NCBI GenBank assembly: GCA_027492205.1
Contig: JAOZFN010000017.1
Location: 64,001-128,000, forward strand
Source: Thermoproteota archaeon
GTDB taxonomy: Archaea; Korarchaeota; Korarchaeia; Korarchaeales; Korarchaeaceae
Direction of reading: 5' to 3'
DNA: 64,000 nt
This document shows, one piece after another, positions 1 through 10,125 of the stretch. Position 1 is the stretch's first letter, and every line of letters begins with the position of its first letter. The notes under the pieces were generated by a model. The model searched no databases, had not been told where the DNA came from, and was given only the letters and a program-made list of their open reading frames with translations. A program made the position numbers and the translations under genes.

Positions 1-153
1 CTGGCCAGGATGTTCCCGAGGGCGCTGAGGAGGATGAAGGCCCTGATGGGATACGCCTACTGGGTCGCCAAGAACGGGCTCCAGGTCTCCCTGGGGGCCG
101 AGCTGAGGGACGGGGACGAGCTCGTGGTGTTCCCGCCGATATCGGGGGGCTGA
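1..153 (+). CDS. MoaD/ThiS (SAMP-like) sulfur-carrier protein, 5' end outside window
   Basis: Frame 1 reads ...AELRDGDELVVFPPISGG* with a C-terminal diglycine; not in ORF track; Moco genes nearby. Confidence 0.85.
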   Translation: MARMFPRALRRMKALMGYAYWVAKNGLQVSLGAELRDGDELVVFPPISGG

Positions 154-728
154 ACAGGCTCAGCGACGGGCCCCGGAAGGCGAGCCCGGGGGGTGGGAGG
201 CGAGCATATCGTCCCATCACGCCGAGCGCGGAGACTTGAGTCGGAAATGGCGAAAGACCCGATGTCTGAGATGATGTAGGCGGGTGCCGCGGATCGTGGG
301 GCCTGGTCTGGCCAGTTGAGGGCCTCTGGGTCTTCATGACACCGGTGGATCTCAGCCGTCTCAGCGGCAGGCGGGCGTGGGCTGAAAGCCAGAAGAGGCC
401 GAGGCACTCGATCCAGGGAGGGCTCCGTGAAGGCGTCCCCCTCCCCCGAGCAGGTCGGAGATCTCCTCGGGGTCCACGTCGCAGGTCAAGAGCCCGGTCG
501 GGGGCTGCCCAGCGGGCTATCGGAGGGTCCGCGCGCGGAAGGGTCGGTGTCGGGGGGTAACGCGGGTCCCCCCCGGGGGTCTGAACTCACAAGGCGAAGT
601 CCTTCGCCAAGCCCTGGCTACGCCTCTCCGCCACATTGGAACGCGGGACTTCCCCCGTCGGCCCTCCGGTCGGGCGGGCTCAGTAAAATTTTATTGTCCA
701 GATGGGATTACCGGATTGGTGGTACCCT

Positions 729-953
729 GTGAGTATTACCGTCTCCGCCAAAGTGGAGAGGGGCGTTGTAGAGAGGGCGAAGAAGTACGGGATAAACATA
801 AGCGAAGTCATGAGAGAGGCTCTAAAGAGGGAGGTGGAGAGGAGGGAGAGGGAATACCTCCTAAAGAGGTTGAGAAAGGCCGGCGAGATACTAGAAAAGA
901 TCCCCCCAGGGGAGATAGTCGAGGTCGTGAGGAGAAGCAGGGATGAGGGATGA
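729..953 (+). CDS. vapB: VapB/CcdA-like RHH antitoxin
   Basis: MSITVSAKV...GINISEVMREAL; GTG start after GGTGG; overlaps the PIN gene (ATGA). Confidence 0.85.
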   Translation: MSITVSAKVERGVVERAKKYGINISEVMREALKREVERREREYLLKRLRKAGEILEKIPPGEIVEVVRRSRDEG

Positions 954-1387
954 GGGCCCTGTTTGACGCCTCCGCCCTGATAAACCTGGTGAGAGATAGG
1001 AAGGATGGGTGCCTGGACCTGCTGGAGGGCGGCGCGATACTCTCCCTGACCCCATACGAGGTTGGGAATGCCCTGTGGAAGGAGGTCCATTTGAAAGGCA
1101 ACTTGAACCCAGAGGAGGCCAGGTACCTGCAGGAGACCTTTGAACTCCTGTTCGGGAGGATGGAGGTGATAAAGCCCTCCGCGTGGCGGGAGGTGCTCGA
1201 CCTGGCTGTGAGGGCGGGCATCACATTTTACGACGCTGCCTACGTGGCGGCGGCGATGGAAAGGGACCTACCTCTGGTCACGGACGACGAGAGACTCGTC
1301 AAGAGGATCAAGGGCGGGGGGCTCCTGAAGGAGAAGGGGAGAGCCGTGAAGATCCTCCCGTCAAACGAGATCGATCGCGTGGGGTAG
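950..1387 (+). CDS. vapC: VapC PIN-domain toxin
   Basis: LFDASA, YEVGNALWK, TFYDAAY, LVTDD acidic PIN motifs. Confidence 0.93.
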   Translation: MRALFDASALINLVRDRKDGCLDLLEGGAILSLTPYEVGNALWKEVHLKGNLNPEEARYLQETFELLFGRMEVIKPSAWREVLDLAVRAGITFYDAAYVAAAMERDLPLVTDDERLVKRIKGGGLLKEKGRAVKILPSNEIDRVG

Positions 1388-1800
1388 AGACGTCCCGAGA
1401 TCCCCCCTGCCCCTGAGCGTACTCCGATCCCGAAGTCGACTACCGGCTTGAGGCCCGCGGCCACCTCCACGCGCGCTGCCAACCATGGCCCCGCCCGACG
1501 GGCGGAGGAGGGACACCGAGGTGCCCGTCTCCGGCGGACCAAGCTTGGAGTAGCGCCCGCCATGCCCATCACGGGCGGCCTTGGATCTGATACGCTGCCG
1601 CCTTAGAGGGAGTTGAGGTCGACGCCCCTCCATCCCAGGAGGGCGCCGCAACCTCGTCCGCTCCGGCCAGCACGCCCCACCCAGAGCATCCCCCTTGTCT
1701 TTACCCGAGGAGGCCCTCGCAGCAATCTCAGCAGCTGCCCTGGGGTTCTTGGATATCATTCGCCTCGGGCGCGCGCCACTGGGCGCGTGGGCAGAGCGAT

Positions 1801-2409
1801 CTACAAGATCTCTCCCTTCGCCCTCTTCAGGTCCTCGAGGCTGTCCACGTCGAACAGCACCTCCCTCTCTCCAACGGGGACCCTCAGAATCTCTCCCCTG
1901 TGCCTCCGGACGACCGCCTTCAACCCCATCGTGTCCTCGTCGATCTGGAGGATCTCGGGGATCAGGGAGCGGTCGAACAGTATGGGGTGTCCCGACCTCC
2001 CGGCGTGTGACGCCACGGCTATCCTCGGCCTGCGGCGGGCGTAGGCCATAATGACCTCGTCTATCGCGCGGGGAGATATGAAGGCGACATCGGCGGGGAG
2101 CACGGCCACGGCCTCCGCTTCCTCGGAGGCCGAAGCCACACCGACCCTCACGGAGCTGGACATGCCCTCGCTGTATGCCGGGTTCCTGACGATCCTCAGC
2201 CTCTCGTCCCGGATGTCGGAGATCTCTCCCTCCACGAGTTCTGCCTGGTGCCCCGTGACCACGATGACCTCAGAGGCCAGCGACGCGAGGGCCGTCTCAA
2301 CGACCCTCCTGATGAGGGACTTGCCCCCGACCCGGAAGAGCAGCTTGTTCCCGGCCTCGAACCTCTTGGACTCACCCGCGGCGAGCACCACGAGGGAGAC
2401 CCTGGGCAC
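1801..2409 (-). CDS. Molybdenum cofactor cytidylyltransferase / MobA-like NTP transferase (MocA-type)
   Basis: LAAGESKRF, GNKLL, GMSSS, GHPILF, DVD motifs; in operon with xdhC and moeA. Confidence 0.88.
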   Translation of the reverse strand: MPRVSLVVLAAGESKRFEAGNKLLFRVGGKSLIRRVVETALASLASEVIVVTGHQAELVEGEISDIRDERLRIVRNPAYSEGMSSSVRVGVASASEEAEAVAVLPADVAFISPRAIDEVIMAYARRRPRIAVASHAGRSGHPILFDRSLIPEILQIDEDTMGLKAVVRRHRGEILRVPVGEREVLFDVDSLEDLKRAKGEIL

Positions 2410-2419
2410 GTCGGACCCG

Positions 2420-3670
2420 TCACGCCCCTCCCCAGAGCCCCCTCCCGGCGTAGATCACCACCTCCTCGCCAGCCTCCAGCCTCAGGATCCCCTCGGGGAT
2501 CTCCACGAAGCCGTCGGACTCCACAACAGGGCGGCGGCAGAAGCTCGGCGCCTTGATGGGGACCACCTCCTCCCCCTCCAGCCTAGCGAACACGATCCTC
2601 CTGAACGGGGCGTACCTCTCGTCCCCAACCGGGGCCCTCAATCTCCCCCGCCCGACCTCGACCCTGGCCTCCGGCGGGAGGCCGGCCATCGCCCTCACCA
2701 GGGGGAGGAGCACGTACACCAGGCCCGCGATCATGGACTGATAGTGGCCGGCGAGCAAGACCACCGGCTTCCCCCCGACGAACGCCGCGCTCGTCACCCG
2801 CCCGGGCTTGAGCCTGAGCCCCCGAAACGCGGGCTCGAATCCGTCCATCGACTTGAGGGTCGTCCACACGTAGTCCCACCGGCCGATAGACGTCCCGCCT
2901 ACCGTGACAACGACGTCGGCCGCGCTCAGGGCCTGCTGGAGCACCTCCCCTATCTCGTCCGGGTCGTCTGGGGCGATCGGCATCCTGAGGGGGTCTCCCC
3001 CGTTCCTCCTGACGGCCTCCCCCACTACAGCGTGCCTGACCTCCAGCTTAACCCCCGAGGCGCGACCGGGGTCGGGAGAGTAGCTCAGCTCACTCCCGAC
3101 GGGCACTATCGCCACCCTCGGCCTCCTGGAGACCCTGACCGAGTGAAACCCCAGATCGGCCAGAAGGTCCAGGTGCCTGGGCTCCACCAGCTGGCCGGAC
3201 CTGAGCACCACCTGCCCCGCCCTCACGTCGGCCCCGGCCTGCAGCACGTTCCTTCCGGGCCGGACAGGAGACCTGACGACTATGCGACCCACCTCCCTGG
3301 GGACCGACTCCACCGGGATGACCGAGTCGGCCCCCTCAGGCAGGTAGGCGTCCGTGGCGACGTAGAAGGCGCAGCCGGGCTCCAGGCGACCGGGATCCTC
3401 TCCAATTCGAACCTCTCCGGTCACTCGGATCCTCACAGGGCTGTCCGGACTGGCGCCGGAGGTGTCCGCCGACGACACCGCGTAGCCGTCGAAGAGGGAC
3501 GTGGGCCTCCTCGGGACGTCCCAAGGGGCCCTCAGGTCCTCCGCAGAGACCCTACCGACGGCATCCGCCAGTGGGACCTCCTCCACCTCCGTCGGCCGGG
3601 CCCCGGACAGGAGGGCGTCGAGGGCCCGGTCGAGCGGGGAGTACCTGAAGAGCTTCTCCCTGAGGCTCAA
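2420..3670 (-). CDS. moeA: Molybdopterin molybdenumtransferase
   Basis: GRVSAED, SLFDGYAV, GSEL, GGTSIG..DYV, KPGR motifs. Confidence 0.92.
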   Translation of the reverse strand: MSLREKLFRYSPLDRALDALLSGARPTEVEEVPLADAVGRVSAEDLRAPWDVPRRPTSLFDGYAVSSADTSGASPDSPVRIRVTGEVRIGEDPGRLEPGCAFYVATDAYLPEGADSVIPVESVPREVGRIVVRSPVRPGRNVLQAGADVRAGQVVLRSGQLVEPRHLDLLADLGFHSVRVSRRPRVAIVPVGSELSYSPDPGRASGVKLEVRHAVVGEAVRRNGGDPLRMPIAPDDPDEIGEVLQQALSAADVVVTVGGTSIGRWDYVWTTLKSMDGFEPAFRGLRLKPGRVTSAAFVGGKPVVLLAGHYQSMIAGLVYVLLPLVRAMAGLPPEARVEVGRGRLRAPVGDERYAPFRRIVFARLEGEEVVPIKAPSFCRRPVVESDGFVEIPEGILRLEAGEEVVIYAGRGLWGGA

Positions 3671-4527
3671 TCCGAACCCCTCTCCAGCGCATCTATCATC
3701 CCGTCGGCCACCGACATAGACCCGGGGGGCCGGACCCCCTTAACCACGGCCAGCATCTCCGCGACGACGCTGACGGCCACCTCACCGGGCGTGTCCGAGC
3801 CGAGGTCGAGCCCGGACGGCACCCTCAGGACCCCCTTGAGTCTGGAGAAGTCGAGCCCCTCGTCCCTGAGCCTGGTCAGCAGCTTCCCACCCTTAGTCCT
3901 GCTTCCCAACAGGCCGACGTATCTCGGGAGCCTCTCGAGGCCGCACAGGAACCGAAGCACCCTGTACTCCACGTCCGGCTCCCCGTGGGCTATGAAGAGG
4001 AGATCCTCCGGGCCCGGAGGGTCCCTCGCGAGGCCGTCAACGGGATCGCCGACCCTCAGCTCAGCCCCCGGAAACCTCTCTGGAGTGGCGGTCTCCGGGT
4101 GGTCGTCCACCACCACGGATCTCCACCCCAGGACCCGGGCCACCCTGTGGACGTGGAGGGCCACGTGCCCGGACCCCACGAGGAAGAGCCTCGGGTCCGG
4201 CACCAGCACGTCGATGAACACCGCCGACTCGCCCCCGCACAGGTGGCCGGTGCCTATGGACCCGGGGGAGCCGGACTCCGTGAAGCTGAACCTGAGGAGC
4301 CTGGGCCTGCCGTCCTGGAGCGCCTCCCTCGCCGCCTCGACGACCATCCTCTCGAACTCCCCTCCCCCGAGGGTCCCGAAGACTCCGCCCTCGAGCACGG
4401 CCAGCTTGGCCCCAGGATCCCTGGGGCCGGAGCCCACCTTCTCCACGACGGTGCAGAGCGCCACCCGCCTGCCCCTGCTCAGCTCTCGGGCCGCCGCCGC
4501 GAGGACGGCTGGATCTCCGGCCGGCAT
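3667..4527 (-). CDS. xdhC: XdhC/CoxI family Mo-hydroxylase maturation factor
   Basis: GSGPRDPGAK, GTLGGG, LCGG, YVGLLGSR, GLDLGSDTPGEVAVS. Confidence 0.93.
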   Translation of the reverse strand: MPAGDPAVLAAAARELSRGRRVALCTVVEKVGSGPRDPGAKLAVLEGGVFGTLGGGEFERMVVEAAREALQDGRPRLLRFSFTESGSPGSIGTGHLCGGESAVFIDVLVPDPRLFLVGSGHVALHVHRVARVLGWRSVVVDDHPETATPERFPGAELRVGDPVDGLARDPPGPEDLLFIAHGEPDVEYRVLRFLCGLERLPRYVGLLGSRTKGGKLLTRLRDEGLDFSRLKGVLRVPSGLDLGSDTPGEVAVSVVAEMLAVVKGVRPPGSMSVADGMIDALERGSD

Positions 4528-4604
4528 CTACCGGAGGAAGAGGCGGTCAAATATTATCCTGAGAGGGGGCCCGCGCAGGCCGGGAGGGCTGGTTCGCCAG
4601 GGGG

Positions 4605-5342
4605 TCACCTCCCGAGGGGGCACCACCTCCTGAACCCGAGGAGCGCCTCGGCTGAGGCGCCGGTGACGCCGTAGAGCACTATCTTCTCTGAGGGGGCGGA
4701 GATCAGGTCGTCGAGAGTGCCGTTGGCCACCACGCTGCTGGTCACGAGGGCGAGGTCGGCCCACTGGACGGCCTCCCCGTCCGAAGATTGGGGCTCCACC
4801 TCGACGCCCTCGACCATCTTCCCGACGTTCCTGGGGTTCGCGTCGGTTATCCTCAGGCGGGTCCAGCCGAGCGTCCGGGCCAGGGAGCGGGCCATGGCCG
4901 GCTGGTACCCTATCAGGGCCACCCTCTCGACGCCGAGGCCAGATACCCACTCGGCCAGCCTCTCGGCGCACCTCCACGGGTCCTCGTCCCTGCAGTGGAC
5001 GGTCCTGTCCGCGAGGCCCAGCGCCCGAACCAGTGCGTTGGACGTCGCCACCAAGATCGCTCTCAGGCTGAGGTCTGAGGCGTCGAGCTCAAGGACCTCG
5101 CCCAGGGTCCCGGAGAACTCCCAAGGGTGTCCGGTGAAGGCCTGTCCCCTGGCGCCGAGGACCGTCGCCTCGACCAGCCTCTCCTCACCCCGGGCGAGGG
5201 GGAACTCCGGGCTCCCGGGGTCACCGATGGCCTCCTTCGGAGAGAGGGGGTGGGCTCTCACCTCTACCCTCTCGCCCCCAAGGCCCCTCGAGGCGACCAG
5301 ATCTCTGAGCCTCCCCCTCAGGAGATCGACGAGGCACCCCAT
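4605..5342 (-). CDS. DUF364-like Rossmann-fold putative heavy-metal chelation protein
   Basis: EAIGDP, GARGQAFT, TVHCRDEDP..C, IGYQPA, VANGT motifs. Confidence 0.7.
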   Translation of the reverse strand: MGCLVDLLRGRLRDLVASRGLGGERVEVRAHPLSPKEAIGDPGSPEFPLARGEERLVEATVLGARGQAFTGHPWEFSGTLGEVLELDASDLSLRAILVATSNALVRALGLADRTVHCRDEDPWRCAERLAEWVSGLGVERVALIGYQPAMARSLARTLGWTRLRITDANPRNVGKMVEGVEVEPQSSDGEAVQWADLALVTSSVVANGTLDDLISAPSEKIVLYGVTGASAEALLGFRRWCPLGR

Positions 5343-5390
5343 CCACGGGCCGAGTGGTCCAGACCCGGATAAATGTAGGCTGCCGGAAGC

Positions 5391-5843
5391 TCACGACCGT
5401 CGAGGAGTTCCTCGGGGGGAGGGCTCGACGAACACCACCTCTATTCCCTCGCTCGCCAGGAGATCTGAGATCCCCTCGTGGTCGGAGTCGCAGGTGAGGA
5501 GCCTGGCCGGGGGATCGGGGGAGCACGCTATCAGCAGGTCCAGGTCGGGGACCTCGATTCCCCTCTCCTCTGCCCTGGCCCTGACTCTAGCCGCCAGGTC
5601 GACCGCCCTCCTGGTCAGCGGGGCGACGGAGATCCACCTCAGCGTCCTCTGGATCCACAGGAGTTCGCTCGAGTCCCCCTCGCTCGGAGCGCGTGGTAGG
5701 CCCCCGCGAGCAGCTCATACTCCGTCAAAACTGAGATTAGGATATCTCCCGCCCCCCTCTGCGGCCCTCCTGAGGGACTCGGCAGCCTTGGACCTTCCCC
5801 TCCTCAGCTCGAGCAGGAAGGACGTGTCTAGGAGGAGGTTCAA
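5391..5843 (-). pseudogene. vapC: VapC PIN toxin with a one-base frameshift in a G6 run (pseudogene or assembly error)
   Basis: TTG start LLLDTSFLLEL; removing one G at 5752-5757 gives DILISVLTEYELLAG...DLDLLIA...LLTCDSDH; overlaps upstream antitoxin (TTGA). Confidence 0.85.
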
Positions 5844-6064
5844 GCTTCCACCCTGAGGCCGAAGCCCTCCCTCAGCTCCCTGGCTATCCTCTCGATCTCC
5901 TCGACTCCCTCCAACCTCCTGGACTCCTCTATGATGCGCTCGACCCTGAGATCCACCCTCGATCGGATGAGCTCGTCTATGACCTGGGAGAAGCTCCTGC
6001 CTCCGGCTCCCTTGAGGGCCACGAGCTTCCTGTAGACCTCGTCGCTCACGGTTATGGTCTTCAT
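5840..6064 (-). CDS. vapB: VapB antitoxin (DUF217/UPF0330-like)
   Basis: MKTITVSDEVYRKL..LK...SFSQVIDELI. Confidence 0.88.
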   Translation of the reverse strand: MKTITVSDEVYRKLVALKGAGGRSFSQVIDELIRSRVDLRVERIIEESRRLEGVEEIERIARELREGFGLRVEA

Positions 6065-6163
6065 CTCTTCGTGTGTCGTACATTATGGAACATAAGCCAT
6101 GTGCGAAGGGGTGGACGCCCCGCCACGCGAATTATATCTCGCGGGGGAGACGGGATTCTAGCA

Positions 6164-6769
6164 GTGCGCGGCAAAAGGTTGCCGAGAGATTTCTTCTGCA
6201 GGGATCCGGTGACGCTGGCCGTTGACCTCCTGGGCAAGCTCCTGGTCCACGAGTCTCCAGAGGGCAGGACCTCCGGCATAGTGGTGGAGACGGAGGCCTA
6301 CCTCGGGAGGGAGGACAGGGCGTCGCACGGGTACGGGGGCAGGAGGACCCCCAGGATGGAGCCCCTCTACGGGCCGTGCGGGCGCGCCTACGTCTACGTG
6401 GTCCACGGGAGGCCCCTGCTGAACGTTGTTGCCGGACCGCCCGGGGAGCCCACGGCCGTCCTGATCAGGGCGCTGGAGCCCAGGGAGGGAATTGAGCTCA
6501 TGGCCAGGAGGCGGGGGGTGAGGGTGGAGAGGGCTTCAGACCTGAAGAAGCTCTGCTCCGGGCCGGGGAGGCTCACCCAGGCCATGGGAATAACGAGGGA
6601 GCACAACGGCGTGGACCTGGTGGAGGGGCCGCTACGCTTCGAGGACGTGGGGTACGAGGTCCGCGAGGTCGTGAGGAGGCCAAGGGTCGGCGTGGACTAC
6701 GCGGGCGAGGACGCGCTAAGGCCCCTCAGGTTCTACGTCGCGGGGAGCAGGTTCGTGTCGAGGAGGTGA
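6164..6769 (+). CDS. mpg: DNA-3-methyladenine glycosylase (AAG/MPG family)
   Basis: IVVETEAYLG, DRASH, YVY..HG, AVLIRALEP, SGPGRLTQA, RVGV. Confidence 0.93.
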   Translation: MRGKRLPRDFFCRDPVTLAVDLLGKLLVHESPEGRTSGIVVETEAYLGREDRASHGYGGRRTPRMEPLYGPCGRAYVYVVHGRPLLNVVAGPPGEPTAVLIRALEPREGIELMARRRGVRVERASDLKKLCSGPGRLTQAMGITREHNGVDLVEGPLRFEDVGYEVREVVRRPRVGVDYAGEDALRPLRFYVAGSRFVSRR

Positions 6770-6918
6770 GCGAGCTACCGGCGGACCGTGTGGGACGGTC
6801 GGGCGGAGGGTGGGTGAGGGCAGGGTTGCCGCGGCGCTCCCCGGATTGTGGGGGCTAGGTTGGGGCTCCTTGGAGCCAGCGGTGTGCCGGAATTGGTTAT
6901 CAGCTCTGCCGACCCCCG

Positions 6919-8813
6919 CTAGGGATTTGAGATCGGAGGTATCTTACACTCCAAGATTCCGAGGGCGAAGCGCCTGGTCTCCCCCTCCATCCCCAGAGCC
7001 CTGAGCTCGTGGATCATGCGGGCGGCGCCGAAGGGTTCGGCCTCCCTGGAGAGCCTGTCCAGGAACTCCAGGGCCTCCCCCTCCATCCCCAGAGCCCTGA
7101 GCCAAGAGACCAGGAGGGCGGCGCGGGGGGCCGAGACTCGAAATTCATTCTCCCCCTCCGAGCCTGGAGCTGGAGTTCGATCTCTCCGCTTCAAGACATC
7201 CGTCATGACGCACGTCAGCACCCTTAGCGCCAGTGGGCTGTCCGCAGATTCTCCAACCAGGTAGTCCGCGGGGGGCCTAGCCCCTCCGACCCTGGCGGCG
7301 CTCCTCCAGACCTCCAAGAGGAAGCTCTCCTCGCCCCAGTCTCCCGGGGGAGGTGAGGCCTGAGCTCCCCATGCCGCACACCCCTCAGGAGGAGCCTGGC
7401 GTACTCCTTGTGGTAGAGGACGTGCTCGAACCTGCCCCCGGGTCCGTGGACCCTCTGCAGATACCCCCTCTCCGCGAGCCAGTCCAGCCCTGACTCAACG
7501 CGGCCGAGCGCAGTCTCCCTCTCCTCCTCACGCAGGAGGGGTCTCAGGGCCTCCCTCACCACGAGAGCGTCGAAGGGGGCCTGGAAGGTGTACAGCGCGG
7601 CGGCCACCAGCAGGACGAGCGCCCTGGGCCAGTTCTCTAGCCTGCCCTCCATGACCCCGGAAATCTCTTCCAGAACGCGCCTCTCCAGGGACTCCCTCAC
7701 GTCCTCAGGAGATTCCAGCGCGGGCCTCTCCCCGCTCCTAACGAGCTCGGCCATGAAGAGGGGGTTGAAGCCGGCCCCCTCCACCAGGTTGGCGACCTCC
7801 CGGTCGCTCAGCTCCCACCCCCGCCGCCGGGTCAGCCACCTGGCGAATCTCTCGAGTTCCCCCCTCTCGATCCTCAGGCTTAACTCGCCCACCGCCCCGA
7901 GGGGATTCTCCCTCTCCCAGGGACCCACCAGGCTCCTCCTGGTCCCGGCGACGGCGACGGCCCCGGCCCTCCTGATCCTGGCGAAGGCGGCCGCCACGTC
8001 CCCCGGGGCGGCCTCGGCCCTGTCCAAGATGAAGACCATCCTCCTCACCAGGCTCCTCCCCACCCTCCCCTCCAGCGCATCCTCGAGCCTCCTCCTCACC
8101 TCCCCGACGTCGACGCTGGCCAGTTCCGCTCGGCCCACCTGGGCGTTCACGTAGAACACCAGCCTGCCCTTGATCGTCAGCTCCCAGCCGGCCGTCGCGA
8201 GTGAGTAGGTCTTGCCCGAGGCCGCGGGCCCTATCAGGATGAGGCTCTCCCCCCTCTCCGCCCTCCTCAGCACCTCGTCCACGGCGGGCCACCTGTAGAC
8301 CCTCCCAGCCGCCAGGTCGGCCAGGGATGGGAGACCCCTGCCCCCCTCTGCGAGCGCGGTGACGAGAGGCGCGAAGGGGACCTCAAGCAGCTCGTGGACC
8401 GCCCTCACGACGCCCTCCCCCGAGACCCGCGCCCCGGCCTCCTCGCAGGCAGCCAAGACCGCTGAGGCCAGGGCCAGCTTCCCCAGGGCCTTGGCCGCGT
8501 CCTCCCTCTCCTCAAGCTCCTCGGCACCCTCCAAGATCGAGAGGAACCTATCCCAGAGTTCGCCCAGGCTCTCCCCGTCCGCCGCACCCTCTCGGATGGT
8601 GGCAAGTATGGACCCGGCCTCCTCCAGCTCCCGTCCGCGGAGCGAGGACAGCTCCCTCAGTATCTCGATCTCTCTGTCCTCGAACATCCCGGGGAGCGAA
8701 TCTATTAGGCTGGACAGCCTCCCGTGGAACTCCGCCAGGTCGTTGACCGAGCCCATAAGCTCGGTCGCCCTAAGGAATCCGATCAGGGCCAGGGAGAGCA
8801 GACCCTCCAGCAA
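6919..8813 (-). CDS. STAND-class (nSTAND3-like) P-loop NTPase with helical N-terminus; frameshift at 7346-7350
   Basis: Walker A GPAASGKT, Walker B VFILD, GxP-like GFNPLF, wHTH-like LDWLAERGYL..LYH; adding one C joins ORFs 7224..8999 and 6919..7317; TTG 8813 lies about 27 nt downstream of a TATA-like box. Confidence 0.65.
6979..7102. repeat. 28-bp exact direct repeat (6979-7006 and 7075-7102), 96-bp period, encoding LRALGMEGE twice
   Basis: ctccccctccatccccagagccctgagc occurs twice. Confidence 0.85.
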
Positions 8814-9121
8814 CCCAGACCCGGGACCGCCGAGAAAGGTATAAGGTTGTGGCCGGCGCCCGCAGGCGCCGGCCGCGGGGTCAGGTGGTGTTGGGGGAGA
8901 GTCGCCCGCCTCGCGCGTACGGAGTCTCCCGACGGCGATCCCGGGCGCCTTCCCGCCTGGCGTCCGGGTCGGGGGCGCGGCGATTGCGCCGTCGATCACC
9001 CGCCACAGGGGTCACGAGGGTTCCCTGGGCCGACCGGGCCTCACGACCGTGAGAGGATCACTCCCTGCCGCCAGCCTCCAAGGGAGGCCTGCGTCGATCC
9101 GATTCCAGGGGGCCGCGCGCA

Positions 9122-9156
9122 ATCTTTATCTTCACAGAATGCACATAACTCACAGA
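9122..9156 (+). promoter_or_regulatory. TATA box plus three CACA-core repeats at 9-bp period (putative antitoxin operator)
   Basis: ctttatc followed by tcacaga / gcacata / tcacaga running into the ATG. Confidence 0.55.
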
Positions 9157-9443
9157 TGGCGAATATCACGCTGAGCATTCCGGAGGACCTCTACCGGCTG
9201 ATGAAGAGGTACAAGAGCATCAACTGGTCCGAGATCGCCAGGAGGGCGATAGTCAGGGAGGTCCTCTACAGGAAGGCGCGGGACGAGGGGCTCACCCTGA
9301 GGGAGCTCGACATGCTCTTGGACGTCAGCGGGATACCCCTGACCGGCGAGAGGCCGACGGTTGGCGAGGGGGAACTCCAGGATAGGCTGATGAGGAGGGA
9401 GCGGAGGAGGATGGAGGGGCTGAGGGAGGGGGTTCCATCGTGA
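9156..9443 (+). CDS. vapB: RHH-type antitoxin
   Basis: MANITLSIPEDLYRLMK...INWSEIARRAI; overlaps the PIN gene (GTGA). Confidence 0.87.
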   Translation: MANITLSIPEDLYRLMKRYKSINWSEIARRAIVREVLYRKARDEGLTLRELDMLLDVSGIPLTGERPTVGEGELQDRLMRRERRRMEGLREGVPS

Positions 9444-9778
9444 CCGTCCTCGACACCTCGTCCGTCATATCGCGGGTCAGGAGGGGGGTCGAGGTCTGGG
9501 AGAACGTCACCACGATCGCCCTGATCGAGTACCCGCCGCTCAGGGGATACGAGAAGTTTCGGGGAACGATCTACTTCGCCTCTGAGGAGGATCAGCTGCT
9601 CGCCGCGAGCCTTCAGGAGAGGCTCAGGAGGGTGGGCAGGCCCATGAGCGCGGCAGACCTGCTGGTGGCGGCCATCTGCATCAACAGGGGCGAGGAACTC
9701 GTGACGAGGGACGAGAACTTCCTCGCGCTGGCGGAGGCTGAACCCTCCCTCAGGGTGAGGGTGGAGCACGAGCGTTAG
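9440..9778 (+). CDS. vapC: VapC PIN toxin
   Basis: VLDTS, LIEYPP, ADLLVAA, LVTRDENF. Confidence 0.9.
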   Translation: MTVLDTSSVISRVRRGVEVWENVTTIALIEYPPLRGYEKFRGTIYFASEEDQLLAASLQERLRRVGRPMSAADLLVAAICINRGEELVTRDENFLALAEAEPSLRVRVEHER

Positions 9779-10125
9779 AGGTGCGCAGCGCCAGAGGCCC
9801 CGCAGAGCCGGGCATAAGCCTCTGAGGCGGGGCGGATCTCCAACCGGCTCTGGCGGACTCGTCACCGTGTCGGGATGCCGACGGTGGATGCCGAGTGGGA
9901 ATGAGAAAAGAAAAGTAAAACTCATCTAGCTAGGGCCCGCCCACGGGCGGCGTGGGAGGGTGCGTCGAGGAGGGGGTCCCCGGTTCGCGTGGCGCTCGCT
10001 GAATCGCAAGTCGACAGGTGCCCAGCCAGCGCCTACTGACCCGGGAGGGGCGACCTCCCGATCCGTCAGGCCCTCTCTTCTCGGCCGGGGACTGGGCTTC
10101 GGGTAGACCTGCGGGGGGGCGACGA

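Noticed and set aside
154-700. Possible RNase P or SRP RNA in a GC-rich gap with hairpin ggcgaag-tc-cttcgcc (593-608)
   Set aside because: Conserved P4 or SRP helix-8 signatures could not be matched on either strand; a covariance-model search would be needed
2051-4633. 860-aa plus-strand ORF
   Set aside because: Antisense shadow of mocA-moeA-xdhC; S/P/R-rich with no motifs, typical of high-GC DNA
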